This document shows, piece after piece, positions 1-11,832 of a DNA stretch of 64,000 nt (positions within the stretch are counted from its first letter, which is position 1; the number at the start of each line of letters is the position of its first letter). The notes under the pieces are model-generated. The model did not search any database, was not told the DNA's origin, and worked only from the letters and a program-made list of their open reading frames with translations. A program made the position numbers and the translations under genes. Source of the stretch: Tubulanus polymorphus (lineage: Eukaryota > Animalia > Nemertea); assembly GCF_964204645.1 (NCBI RefSeq), contig NC_134027.1, forward strand, positions 23,584,560 to 23,648,559, read 5' to 3'.

Positions 1-638
1 AATCTGTATAAATTCTACCGCCGATCAAACAACTACATCAGTACTTAGATTTACGATTTCAAAATCAAACGCACTGTAGTTTCGATTCCGGCAGGTGTGG
101 TGGGTTTGTAAGCGACACTAAATCAAAATATATGAAACGAAATCTACCTATCAAATAAGCAACATGGTTAATCCCTATTGTTTATTTACTATAGAAATGA
201 AGAGGAGATCGTATCACCGGGAATCTCGTTTTTTTTAAATCTTGAAATAGGGATTGACCCTGTTATTTATTTGGTTGGTAATTTTCGTTTGACTTTTTTA
301 AATTGTCCCTTTACATACCTACAACATCTGTCGAGAGCGAAACAGGGGGTTTGATTTTGGAATCGAAAATCGAAGTACAGATATAGTTGTGTGATCAAAT
401 TTACAGAATTTTTTGTTTAAATCGAAGCACATAATCGGGAAATTCGGTTCCGGTTCATTCAAACAATCTTCCAACCAGTGTCGTTTTGAACGCTTTAAAC
501 TTAGCAAACATTTTTATAGGAAAATCCTTGTTCCGGGAATTCCGGTAATTCTTTGATTCATCGTATTGCTGAGGTTTTCGTTGTAGGCCGAATCGTACTA
601 ACGAGGTTCAAATACAAATTAATTTTCTATTGTTCTAG

Positions 639-1322
639 GACAATTGGCTACAGATTTTGAGACGGATAACGGAAAGTGGATCATACGGGGAACGTTACGA
701 TGGAAACGACAATCAGGCAGTACAGAATCCCGTGGCACCGGTCCAAGTGCAGATCATACGACTGGAAGTGGTACGAACAGTTTCTAATTTATACAACATC
801 GTCCATACACCCCTAAACTCCTTCAATCTGTGAGAATATGAAGTTAACGAGATTGTTAAGTGGAAAATAGGTGGTCATACGATACTGCGACGAACAGTGT
901 TTAATATTTACTCTCATTTCAGGAACATACATACATGTGGACACATCCAGCTTCAGATCTCCAGGTGACCAAGGATGGCTCGAGGCAGCTACTCAATCAG
1001 CGTCTGACTCCTGCGTCATGAACTTTTATTATAACATGAACGGTTCAACGATGGGAAAATTAGAAGTTAAAATCAACGGAAAAGAAGTATTTGATCAATC
1101 TGGTAATCAGGGAGATCAATGGAAACAGGGATCAGTTACGATTGCAAAAGGGGACGCCATAGTACGTACTCAGTGCATGGCTTAGAGTTCATCTGAACTT
1201 TTACCAAGAATCTGAAAAATGTATTTGTTTCGTTTTTTCAGATCCAGTTTGTCGCTACCAAGGGACCCGCTTGGCAATCCGACATAGCTATCGATGACAT
1301 CACTTTTTCATCCGACTGCTAG
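639..1322 (+). CDS. 3' end (last MAM domain, 3 exons) of a secreted MAM-repeat protein; 5' part lies upstream of the window
   Basis: Exons 639-770, 923-1161 and 1242-1322 have GT-AG borders and compatible phases (1,1,0). Translation gives [65 protein letters not shown], all typical MAM motifs. Paralogous to 15694-16374. Confidence 0.88.
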
Positions 1323-1623
1323 CGATCTACTCCTTCATGTCGATACATAAGATATGCATTCAGTGCTTATTATAAACATAAAAAATATCATGCTAAACAT
1401 ATGCGCGTGTTCTATTGTTCAATCACTGAGTCTCTTCTCAAATTGCATTTAACATCCAACCCTGGATGAACATTGCGAGATAACATTACACTCCCCTAGA
1501 GACAGACAACGGCGGTTTTATCTTTTGGCAAGTCTCGACTCGACTCTCTTTCTGCAGGTTTTTGCCATTTCTTCGAAACCATATGTCGTACTATCGCTAT
1601 CCCTTATGAAAAAATAAACACTT

Positions 1624-2175
1624 AGAATGTAGAATATCCAAAAATATGTATATCATCGAAATTTATATTTCAAATATCTGATGATAAACCAATATATAAT
1701 ATTCAATCTCATTCACAACATATTATTTCAAAACAACATATAGATGATAAATTAAATAAATGTTAGAATGATGTAAAGCATAAAATAGAAGAGACACATT
1801 TTGAAGGATCTGGTTTAATATTTGATGAAATTGTATTTATGACTTTATATGTTTATTATACAAAATATAATAAATTAAGTAAACCAAAACCAATTGATGG
1901 AAATGATTTATCGTATCATAAAGATGATAATATAGATGCATCGAGTTATATATCAAATTACGATTTAAAACTAATGCTGTTATAAATGTAAAACATTTTG
2001 ATGATAAATGTTTTTATGGTCAATTATTAGTTGTTTACATCCTGCAACTGATAATATTTGTAGATTAGCACATTATAAACTATTTTAGAATAATTATGAA
2101 ATGGATAGTTAGAATCCTGTTAGAATTAAACAAATACCTAAAATAGAAAGAGATGATAATATAAGAATGAAAGAA
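1624..2175 (+). pseudogene. Decayed N-terminal fragment of a Maverick/Polinton (adintovirus-type) protein-primed DNA polymerase B
   Basis: Very AT-rich. Frameshifted translation: FEGSGLIFDEIVFMTLYVYYTKY (from 1800), ASSYI, KTNAVINVKHFDDKCF/WSIISCLHPATDNICRLAHYK, PVRIKQIPKIERDDNI. This matches the GSGW..SSYI..A.INV.N.D..CF.WS...LHP pattern recalled for Maverick pPolB N-termini. Stops and frameshifts are present. Confidence 0.72.
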
Positions 2176-2329
2176 AACACGGCCAAACCTCGAAATCTGG
2201 ACCTAGCTAGCAACTAGTCGAAGTGGGTTGATTTGGCTTATCTTGTTGGTGTGGTGTCCCCATTGTGCTGTGGGATCGGTCAGGAGTGGTGACTGGTTGT
2301 CAATCATTATTGACTAACAAAATATATTC

Positions 2330-2790
2330 TCGTAGTGAAATAGGGGCCATATTGTAACTTACACAATGTTGCATATCTTGCTGAAATTAAAAAGGTCATT
2401 TGGGATGTTTTGGCCATCAATCTCCAATTCCATCAGGTGGAGATGCGCTTCACACCGCGCAGAGCAAATCACTGAGATCCAAGTTCCCTGGCCGGGAACA
2501 CAGCCCGTCGTGATAGTAGATAGCTCCTCGCGCAGAGCAGCAACCATCTCCATCACCGGGAACCCGGCTTTCGAATAGAACAACTCTAGAGTCAAACTTA
2601 ACCAAGATTATGTGGAACGGGTCCAGAGCCCATGGAGGACGAGGCGATATTTTGGGTAATTTGGATTTTCCAGACAGTATATCCAAGTGGCTGATTGAAA
2701 TATACAACGTACTCGATGAGTGAAATTTGAAGCTTTCAATTGTATTGAAATAGACATGAATTTACGAGCCTATTGCATTTGAACGAACAA
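2330..2790 (-). mobile_element. Possible degenerate non-LTR retrotransposon (I/Nimb-like) fragment
   Basis: Minus-strand frames give PRPPW and a LFNFSKICNIV terminus resembling LINE ORF2 C-termini. No RT core is visible. Confidence 0.3.
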
Positions 2791-3014
2791 AGTTGTGGAA
2801 AACCTTTTGTCAAATACGTACGACATAAATATCTATTCACAAAAGTTGTTATAACACAAGTTTGTTAGATTAATTTGAGGAACATTTTGAATAGAAACTG
2901 AATTTAATGAAATGTAGAATGGAGCGGACATACGTAATCTCTTCTTTAAGTGATATAGTTATTTAATGTTCAGCAGGCGTGCGATTAGAATAATCAAATT
3001 TCTAGCAGGCTCTC

Positions 3015-4064
3015 ATGATGTTTGATAATATTACTACTAGCGCGAGTGCTGTTGCATTGACAACATCGAAGCTCAGTCATTGTGAAAGATTACTAGCTCG
3101 CCCATTTCGATGGATGAATAAAGTCAACATTATTACCTATTTAGGCTCATATCTACCGGCGTCAGTACTGGGTTTAATATTCAACGCATTCACGCTGTTA
3201 GTTCTAAAACAACTTAAATCTGATGTTTATTTTCTCATCAAAATTCTCGCTGTAAACGATATTTTGTTCATGATCGCAACATTCATTCTTTATCCGCTGA
3301 GAACTGCGTACGTTTACGCCGTTTTGGGGGATATTCTGTATCACGAAAATGACTGGCATTTCGGGTGGATTTTTATTTCAATATCTTTGCCGTTTTTCTA
3401 TATATTTCAGATGACGCGTAACTGGTGCACTGTACTGCTCAGTCTAGAGCGGTTAATCGTCGTATTGTTTCCAATGAAATCTCGTAAAATTTCCAAAAAG
3501 TTAATCTCAAAATATACGATGTTGTTTATATCATTGCTGGGTTTTTGTGGGCATTTTGGTCAGTTTTTACCCAGACGACATCTTGGATTCATTAACTGTC
3601 CAGACAATTGGCCATACATTACACGGCGCGTTTCCGGTTATATCCGTTACACCGGTATTGACATCCTATACTGGGCGTACATTTTTTCGGAAAAGTTATT
3701 TTTCCTGTACCTCACTGTCACGTTTCCACTTTTCTTCCTAATTTTTATCAATCTAATTCTTATTTCGGTGACATTTTACCGTCGGGTTACTCGACGTTCA
3801 AAGCTCGGTGTAACTGATGAATCGTCAAGAAGGGAAATGAGGGTTTTAAGGATGGTTTTATCAGTAGTTTTATTGTTTATTATTTGTGAAGGTTTCGGTT
3901 TTGTGGACCGTTTTAGACAGTTCAACCAACGTATGAGACTTATATCGTTAGGATTGTCAATCGTTGATTCGTCAGTAAACTTCATCGTGTATTGCATCAC
4001 GAATGAAAAATTTAGAAAAGCAGCTATTGACATTTTGAAGCAAAGTCGGTTAGGACCGTTATAG
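3015..4064 (+). CDS. Intronless class A GPCR, FMRFamide-receptor-like/Srw-like expansion, subfamily A (349 aa)
   Basis: Seven hydrophobic segments. N-terminal NIT sequon, TM1 GLIFN, TM2 LAVND, TM3 LSLER, TM7 DSSVNFIVY, helix 8 KFR. Paralog at 60203-61288. Confidence 0.92.
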   Translation: MMFDNITTSASAVALTTSKLSHCERLLARPFRWMNKVNIITYLGSYLPASVLGLIFNAFTLLVLKQLKSDVYFLIKILAVNDILFMIATFILYPLRTAYVYAVLGDILYHENDWHFGWIFISISLPFFYIFQMTRNWCTVLLSLERLIVVLFPMKSRKISKKLISKYTMLFISLLGFCGHFGQFLPRRHLGFINCPDNWPYITRRVSGYIRYTGIDILYWAYIFSEKLFFLYLTVTFPLFFLIFINLILISVTFYRRVTRRSKLGVTDESSRREMRVLRMVLSVVLLFIICEGFGFVDRFRQFNQRMRLISLGLSIVDSSVNFIVYCITNEKFRKAAIDILKQSRLGPL

Positions 4065-4625
4065 GATGGTTTTGTCACTGCTGAAGTTAACACAGTGAAA
4101 GTGTATTGTACATTACAGTGAGCATCGGTAGTCTCAACGATCTTACGTTGAAATCCAAATGACGACTTACACTTAGTAGAATCGGAATTCGTTTTATAAT
4201 CTATGTATGTGAAAGGTCGGCGCTAGTCCAGTATACGACATTATAGTGCGTGCGTAGAGTTACACTGCGTTATTCGGTCAGTGTTCACAGCAGTTGACCG
4301 TTGACACCTAAAGTAAACTATGAGAACAGGTGGCAACCTGTCAACCAGCACTGAAGTATAACAGTTTTCCACCCCTTTAACTGCTATTTGTCTTCATAAT
4401 TTTCATCGTCTCTCATAAATCCATTGCGTATTATGAAGTTGCAGATGATTCGGATAACATCGACGTTTCGAAACACAAAAATATGCATGTATATATAACA
4501 TTCAAATATAATATATCTAGATAGCTATTAAAATTGGTGGAAGGGTGGTTTTTATGTTGATTTGACAAATCGTTGGTCCTAAATAGCCTTGGGAAGGTTT
4601 TTAGCATAGTTTAAAATGTAAATGA

Positions 4626-4676
4626 TTAGGGTTAGGGTTCGGGTTAGGTTTAGAGATAGAGGTTAGGGGTTAGGGG
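4626..4676 (+). repeat. Short degenerate TTAGGG-like tract
   Basis: ttagggttagggttcgggttaggtttagag...ggttaggggttagggg. Confidence 0.6.
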
Positions 4677-4744
4677 ACCAAACCGAAGGTTTGGAGACCC
4701 CACTAGTGCACGGGCAGCGGGTTATCCCTGTAAAAAAAGTATGA

Positions 4745-5330
4745 GTTAATTGTTGTAGTGAGGCGGTCTACGGGACGTTGATGCCTCGGGGCGTGTTCGT
4801 GTCGAGAGTTAAGGGTTACCATGAGGCTTCAATTCAGGAATCAGTGAACTATACCATTGGCAGTTGGGAGACTGTTTCTCTGTTAAGGAACATGAATATA
4901 TCATTTAATAGTATAGACATGTGACGCTGCTGTATGTCTCCACTGATGTGTATGTCTGCACATCAACCAACCTATCGAAGACAAGTTTCCTGCTAGTATA
5001 TGATTAAATGATATATAAAATATTACATCAATTGATTTTTGGGAATAATTAATTAGGAAGATGTCCTCGAAACAGAAGACTAGACGATTAGTATACGCGT
5101 TCACACGGAATCCAGGAAGAAAGCCACTAAATATTTGGATGGATATATGAAAGCTGTGGGTACTGGAGTGTGTAATGGGTAGTGTAGTGTGATCTGTGTG
5201 CATTTTGGTGGCCAGCACACAGATCACATTGTTCATTGGGGTTTAGTCCAGGACTCGCGAGATTTTCAACAACACGGAAGTAACGTGTAATAAATGATGA
5301 CTTGAATTGCATGACTACCTACCACCCAAT
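4745..5330 (-). mobile_element. Degenerate LINE 3' end
   Basis: Minus strand gives a CDLC..H..H..YP zinc-knuckle-like remnant, then a hydrophobic terminal helix and a UTR-like tail. Confidence 0.35.
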
Positions 5331-5739
5331 CAATAACATTTTAGAAATGGCCAGAATTTTAACTTAGGTTCTATCTCATTTTTATTTTACAATTGCGATT
5401 GGTATAATTCTTTTTTAAACGGCCGTTAAGGCTTCATGTTTCGTCTGCAATTCACTGCAAATAGTTACTCAACTACGCACATTTCAGTGTTTTTGGCAGC
5501 TGTACACTCAATCGGCACCGTTCGTGACTAGCTTCACTGCGGAATTATCATTAATTAACATCGCCATATCACATCATCAACTTATATTGTGCCTTAAAAT
5601 CCTAACAGCCGAAAGAATTGAAATACACACACGATTTCTATCATTGAAAATTGAGAGAATGGCCGTGTTTGTGTTCTGCTGCTTCGCGTAAATCCCGCGG
5701 GGTGGCGCCACCGCGCGGAGTGGGGCCGAAACGAGAGGC

Positions 5740-6090
5740 CTATCGTTAACCGTCCGGTACAGTTATCACCTTACTGAGGGTGTCTACCTGTCATCCATCC
5801 TGTGCGATCATCACCTAACTGTTGTGTAGGGTGTCTACCTGTCAACCGTCCTGTGCAGTCATCACCTAACTGTTGTATTGGGTGTCTACCGGTTAACCGT
5901 CCTGTGCAGTCATTACCCAACAGTTGTATAGGGTGTCTACCTGTCGTCCGTCCTGTGCAGTCATCACCTAACTGTTATGTAGGTGTCAGCTGTCAACCGT
6001 CCAGTGGAGTCGTCACCTAACTTGTGTGCAGGGTGTCATCTGTCAACCGTCAATTAGAGTCATCACCCTAATATGTAAGGTGTCGCGTGT
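5740..6090. repeat. 51-bp minisatellite, about 6-7 degenerate copies
   Basis: Unit GGGTGTCTACCTGTCAACCGTCCTGTGCAGTCATCACCTAACTGTTGTATT, seen as a 17-aa period in ORF 5802-6020. Confidence 0.85.
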
Positions 6091-6279
6091 CATCAGCTGT
6101 AAAATATGATCCCCAATCAAGGATCTATTTTCATGAAACTTCTTTTAGTTCCATATTACTACGCTTTTATATATTTAAGCTTGCGCATTAATTCCCCGAT
6201 TTACTCCAAAATTATCTCTACACGTTGCACTATTATGTCGTATATCGGACTTGGGCCGAAAGCTCTGCAATAAAATACA

Positions 6280-7560
6280 AAATATAGCTGCAAAGCAGCG
6301 ATAACGGGTTTCTGCCTTGCTGGATAAGGAGCGCCACCTAGGGGTCAGCTCATATCATGGCTATATTGATCCACATGGGCTACTACGCGAAAAGGTCTAA
6401 TGTACCAAGGTTGGGGGAAATGACACCGAAAATAACGAAGATACGGTACTTTTACCATGTTCAAGTGGCCGGTAATTTGCCGGTTAGCATACTATTGAAT
6501 TACAATCGAAAAAACTGATGCTAGAATGAGTTTTCAACATTAACGCCCCCTAGTGGTTAGAATAGGAACTAATTATATTAAGAATTCGTTGTATCATATC
6601 CAGGTACATGTATATCAATTTTCATAGAAATCCCTTTATCCGCTTAGTAGCTATCAATGAAAATGCATTTCCAGCAACTTGTAGGTGGCGCTTCTGGAGA
6701 ACCATATAAGTTACCTACATAAATACAAGTATCTTGAAAAGGGCTACTAACCACACATTGCAACCTCGATTCTTTCGACGGTTAAGGACCTAGGAGCAAA
6801 AATCGTTGTTTTCACAGTCCCCTGGTGGCAGTTGTATGAATTAATCATGCAGGTTGGCATATCTATGTACTTATACCAAGTTTTGTGATTTTCATAATAA
6901 TCAGACCGCATTACATGCGAAAAATTGATGCTGAAATGAGTTTTCAAAATTTACGCCCCTAGTGGTTAAAATAGGAACTAGTTATGTGTGGGGTTCTTTG
7001 CATTTAGTAACCAGGTACGTATGTAACAATTTTTATAGAAATCCATTGATACCCTTAGTCGATATAGATGAACATGTGTTTTCCAGCATCTTATAGGTGG
7101 CGCTACTGGAGAACCATATGAGTTACATAGTTATTCCATACATCAATACAAGCGTCTTGTCAAGGGCTACTGATCACTCGTTGCAACCACAATTCTATCT
7201 CCAACGGTGAAGGAGCTAGGAGCAAAAATCTCTTTGAAAAATTTGGGGTCCCATTTTCGAGCCCGTAGAGCCCAAACGGTTAATCGCAGATAGGGCGTGC
7301 CATTGACTTTTTTAACCTCCGGGCTGTTATGAACAAATTTCAAGCCCGGTCGAAGCTGAAAACTCAAAGACAAAAATTTTTCTCACACAGTAACTTTTCG
7401 ATGTCAGAATTTTCAAAAGTAAAACGTCCCCTGGTGGGGGAACGGGGTCCCCAATCAAAGAGCCATTAGACTTACCTCAAGGTACCTGTGTTCCGTACAT
7501 CTCACGTAAGTCTCAAGTAAATCCGTTGAGCAATATTCTTGTTACTAGCCGAATTCGAAG
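6280..7560. mobile_element. Non-autonomous interspersed repeat with an internal direct duplication (about 410 bp offset)
   Basis: 6520-6800 resembles 6927-7225. The start motif AAATATAGCTGCAAAGCAGCGATAACGGG recurs near 61997 and, degenerate, near 53760. Confidence 0.55.
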
Positions 7561-7730
7561 TATTAAAGCCTATATATGATACTCACTAACTAGTGTTGCC
7601 GAATTCGAAGCTATATATTCTCTCTAACTTGTATACGGCACAAACAAAAACAAGGCTATTAAAAATTCCTCAGTTGCGTTCAGTCGAGCAATGTCCTAAT
7701 TCAACGGCAAAACACTCGACTTGTAGAACG

Positions 7731-8180
7731 GGTGTCACTAAACCTAAGACCCCCTAAACCTAAGACCTAAGACCTAAGACCCGTTAGGTCTTATGTTTAG
7801 GGGGTCTTAGGTTTAGTGAGACCTATATATGATATACTAAACCTAAGACCCATAAATTTAAGACCCCCAAATATCTCGTCCAAAGTACACAAATAACGAA
7901 TTAGAGCCAGGTCTTAGGTTTATGGGTCTTAGGTTTAGTGACACCTATATATAATATACTAAACCTAAGACACATAAACCTAAGACCCCCAAATATTTCG
8001 TATCTGATAAATGAACCAAATTTAAATAGGCCATCGATGGATCATTTCTAACTAATATCTATATATTAGAACCATTTCGAATAGTCTAAAGTACACAAAT
8101 AATGATTTATAGTCGGGTCTTAGGTTTATGGGACTTAGGTTTAGTGACACCTATATATAATATACTAAACCTAAGACCTG
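7731..8180. repeat. Tandem array of palindromic units built from TAAACCTAAGACC / GGTCTTAGGTTTA
   Basis: GGTGTCACTAAACCTAAGACC...GGTCTTAGGTTTAGTGA(G/C)ACC units near 7731-7824, 7836-7945 and 7957-8151, joined by TATATATxATATA spacers. Confidence 0.8.
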
Positions 8181-9054
8181 AACAAAATAACAGAGATAAG
8201 AATATATCACTTTTAATTCGATAAAAGACATAAAATGAAATATTTCTATACAAAAATATGTAATTTGTAGATCGCCGATAAAGCACTGTTATCAATATCA
8301 TTATAAATCAAATTTATTCTGGTCTTGGGCCGCTGTTGATACTAGATTTTTTTATTAGAATCGAACACAATTTGTGTTCTCTCCACTAGTATTTGCAGAA
8401 CTTGGTTTACATTGTACGATCAAGCTTAAATCCACTTATGGTCACAAACAAATTGTCAATAAGTGGGAAGATTTGTAGACCGATCGCCGATAACAATAAA
8501 TAACTGGCCGAAGTTATTATGCGTTTACGGATTACGAAACCATAAACGAAGCTCAGCAGCTGAAGCACGGATAGACATGCAGACACATTCGATTGACTCA
8601 ATATTTTGTGCGCAGCTGATATTGCACAGCTGGGCTGATTGGTGAATAGAACGTTGTGACGATATCGACCATGTCGAGAATTACCCGCTTACGATAAAAA
8701 TCATGGCTGTAAGAAAAACCATGTTTAATATAACCGTACGACCAACACTATTGAAAACTATAAACTTCATTTTACTGTATTGTGTAATACAGCTGAAGCG
8801 TTGTAAATGAATGTAAATATTGCATATAAATGTTATTTTACCCTATTGTGCAGTAACACACCTGTTGTATAACTGTGTAACATTCAAGAAAAACCGTTTA
8901 CAACACAAAGTGAATTACAACTGGTGGTATGTACTATTAATAAATCTAATGTCAAATCACTTTAATTCCTTATGTACTAGAAGTAATAAAACTACTTAGG
9001 AGATAAAGACTTAGGGTGTAAACCATATACATGAACAAAGATTAATTGATTGTT

Positions 9055-9787
9055 CTAATACAAAATAATACTATGTAATTGTGAATTCGATATATTCAAT
9101 TGCGCATCAGAAATAACATATACATGCATTTTATAATTGTCGATTCCTTTTTTCTTTTTCATAAATAATTGCATTCCTTTTGTATTTTCTAATTTTTTAC
9201 CACAACAATGTAATAAATTATCTTCAGTTGTTCTAAAATCTAACCATAATGCAAATTTATTTCGAGTAAAATAATCAATTTGATTAATATTACAATTTTC
9301 AGATGATTTTATTTTTTTCGAAATGTTTTTTTTAATTTCTATCCATTGATCTATCATTCTCATTCCTTGACAAAATGTTTTATTCGCAATTCCTTCAATT
9401 GTTATTTCTAATTTTAATATTTCGGGATTATAATAATTATCAACATCTATTTTACCATTAGAATATATTTTAGTAAAAAATATTCAAAAACCTTTTATTG
9501 AACGTCTAGGAAAGTTAATACTTTTATTAATTGTCATATCTTGCATTAATGGTGAAAGTTTTAAATTTATCAATATAATCATATAATAATGAAAATTCTA
9601 GATTATATTGAGTTTTAATTGTTCTCGCAATATTTTCACCAGTTAAAGTATCATAATCTAAACATATATTTGATAGTTTGTAACTCATATCTTTAATCAC
9701 ACTCGATAATACTATTTCATTTACAGGTGCAAAAGTTATTTCGAATATTAAATCTTCTTGAATTGCATAGTTGACCTTTTCTTCTTT
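9055..9787 (-). pseudogene. Decayed C-terminal half of a Maverick/adintovirus-like major capsid protein
   Basis: Joined frames read EDLIFEITFAP..YKLSNICLDYDT..SINFPRRSIKG..YYNPEILKLEITIEGIANKTFCQGMR..QW.E..KFALWLDFRTTEDNLLH..GKKLENTKGMQL..MHVYVISDAQLNI, matching the motif series recalled for adintovirus hexon-like MCPs. Frameshifts and a stop are present. Confidence 0.7.
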
Positions 9788-10324
9788 CAATTGTAGATTT
9801 TGGCAATATATCAGGTTCGTATATATTTTCTTGATCCATTCTAGATATTTTCATTGAAACATCTTTATTATTTAATTCAACCAAATAAAACCATGAATCA
9901 TTTTTAAATTCTAAATTATCCATGAAAAATGGGTCATCCTTTTCAATTTGTTCTAGAATTTCTTCCGTATTAATTGGTTCTCTGATATTTTTTGAAAATA
10001 ATTCTTCAATAACTTTATTTATTACTCTATTTTTCATGATATTCAAAATCTTTTGATTATCCAGGATCTGTTGTTCCTTGTAATTTATCCACTATATTTT
10101 TTTCCATCAATTCTTGTTTTTATTACACTTCTTTCAGGAGCTGTTAAATATTCTTTTAATTTTTCACGTGTTTCGTGATCAATTTCAACATCATCATCAA
10201 TTAAATTAGAATTATATGATGTTTCACTATTAAAATCTGTTTCATTAGAATTAGGTTGTTGTTCATCAGTTATACCATTTCCATCAAAATCTTGTAATTC
10301 ATTATCTTCTACATCTTCATACAT
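9788..10324 (-). pseudogene. Truncated Maverick-associated ORF with acidic N-terminus, fused by deletion to the MCP fragment
   Basis: ORF 10085-10324 (MYEDVEDNELQDF..ETDFNSETSY) continues past a stop into 9717-10046. Same AT-rich block and strand as the neighbouring relics. Confidence 0.45.
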
Positions 10325-10345
10325 TTATAAAATAAAAAAATTAAA

Positions 10346-10850
10346 TTAAAAATATAATATCCCACCTAATAAAATACCAATACAAAATAAAGCTAATTTG
10401 ATATTTTCATATGATTTATTATTATTATTACTTTGAATTATTTCACGTTGAATATTATCAGTTTTAATATTTTCTGTTGTATTATAACCTTTTAATTTAG
10501 AATCATTATCCAATTGAACATTCTTAGTTTTAATTTCAGTTGATTGAATATGTTTTTTATTTTTTCACCTTCCATTAATTTTTGGAGCAGTAATAATTTT
10601 TTTATTTATATCATTAAAACCAAATGAATTATTTATTGTTGCAGTTTTAATAAGATTTTTATAACCAATTACATTTCCTATTTTTAATATCAAATCATTA
10701 GAAATAATGAATAAATTTGGTCCAATACAATAATTTAAAAGTATATGTGATTTATCTAAATAATTTTGATATCTAATGATATTTTCTGGAATTGATTTAT
10801 TTTTTTCATTATGAATTGAATCTTCAAATTGAATATATAATATTATTTAC
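10346..10850 (-). pseudogene. C-terminal fragment of a conserved Maverick/adintovirus ORF with a terminal TM helix
   Basis: Translation QFEDSIH..SIPENIIRYQNYLDKSHILLNYCIGPNLFIISNDLILKIGNVIGYKNLIKTAT..FGFNDIN, then a frameshift, ending SYENIKLALFCIGILLGGILYF*. Recalled as a conserved ORF in invertebrate Mavericks. Confidence 0.55.
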
Positions 10851-11349
10851 AACTTGTTTCTGATAGAAATAAACTCACAATTAAATCTAACGCTCAGATT
10901 TGTGTTTGTTTATGTGTTAGATATAGTTTAACTTAATCGAATAATCCAGAATGAAAATATATGTACTAGTTTCAATTGAATTAAGTTTGAATCGTAAGCC
11001 ACTTGTAAACTGTATTTATAAAGACCGCATTGATTTTCGCCTTCTAAATGCAGTTTGGAATAGTATTCAAGACGTATAGAATTGCTTTCCATTCTTACGA
11101 AAACTTTTGACAAATTAACAAATATCAAGACTTTAATTACAAAACGTCTCTATAATCGCCATTAGTTAATTCCAACTGAATTCTTCTTCCTACTTCTGGA
11201 AATGTCAATTGTTATAACAAAACTACAACATTGAAATACATTCAGCATGTTGGAGCAAAATCTAGTAAATATCTATAGGATGTGAAACTATTTATGTATT
11301 TCCATTCGTTTCGTATTTAATCTATATTTAATCTATATTCGATTAGATT

Positions 11350-11832
11350 ATCTTAAAATGGTAGCGTGAAAAACCGTTACATCGAAAAAAGTATCTATAA
11401 TTAGCTCTTACAGTTAGACGAGAGGAACGTGTAGGTCATCGAACAATATCCGGTCGATTTGATGAAGTTTTGGTTATTCTATACTATTTTTTCAGAGTAA
11501 ATCTAACATTTAGGAAACCATGTGCAATATATTAATTGTAAAATCTGATTTTATCGTAACTTTTGATTTTCTCAGCGAAGGCTTGCCTGCACCATTTTGT
11601 AAATGTAAAGCTTTTGACTTTTTGTTATCCATGCGAATGTTCCAGGCCCATTTGGATAATGAATTCTAATTACCAAAAAAAATTCCTGGAGTATCATGTG
11701 GAACGTTGCAATTGGTAAACGCTGCAATTTCCTACTCGCAAACTCTCATAAAGGCTAAAATGCTCATTATTTTTGAATTAGAGAGCTGGCTTACACACAT
11801 TCATGTCTGGCAGTTCACACAGTGCAGTCACT
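11350..11832 (+). promoter_or_regulatory. Upstream/promoter cassette homologous to the Ig gene upstream region
   Basis: Alignable by eye with 43640-44150 and 49790-49996. Example: CATTCATGTCTGGCAGTTCACACAGTGCAGTCA lies directly before the ATG in both genes. Confidence 0.65.

Noticed and set aside
319-507. ORF duplicated at 15352-15573, suggesting a conserved small gene
   Set aside because: Lies inside a shared intronic MITE, with different starts and ends and no recognisable domain.
3776-4093. Antisense ORFs over GPCR and iGluR exons (also 20074-20334, 30985-31344, 60823-61242)
   Set aside because: Shadow frames of real coding sequence, conserved only because the sense genes are paralogous.
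4626-4676. Interstitial telomere or chromosome fusion scar
   Set aside because: Only about 50 bp, degenerate and single-orientation. Such tracts are common inside invertebrate repeats.
5802-6020. Cys-rich repeat ORF resembling a metallothionein or keratin-associated protein
   Set aside because: No ATG start, and the 51-bp repeat continues out of frame on both sides. It is a minisatellite.
5740-8180. Regularly spaced repeats as a possible CRISPR array
   Set aside because: No unique spacers between constant repeats, no cas genes, and the context is eukaryotic.
8700-9050. Possible further Maverick gene on the plus strand next to the capsid relic
   Set aside because: The frames I translated are stop-rich with no motif I can support.
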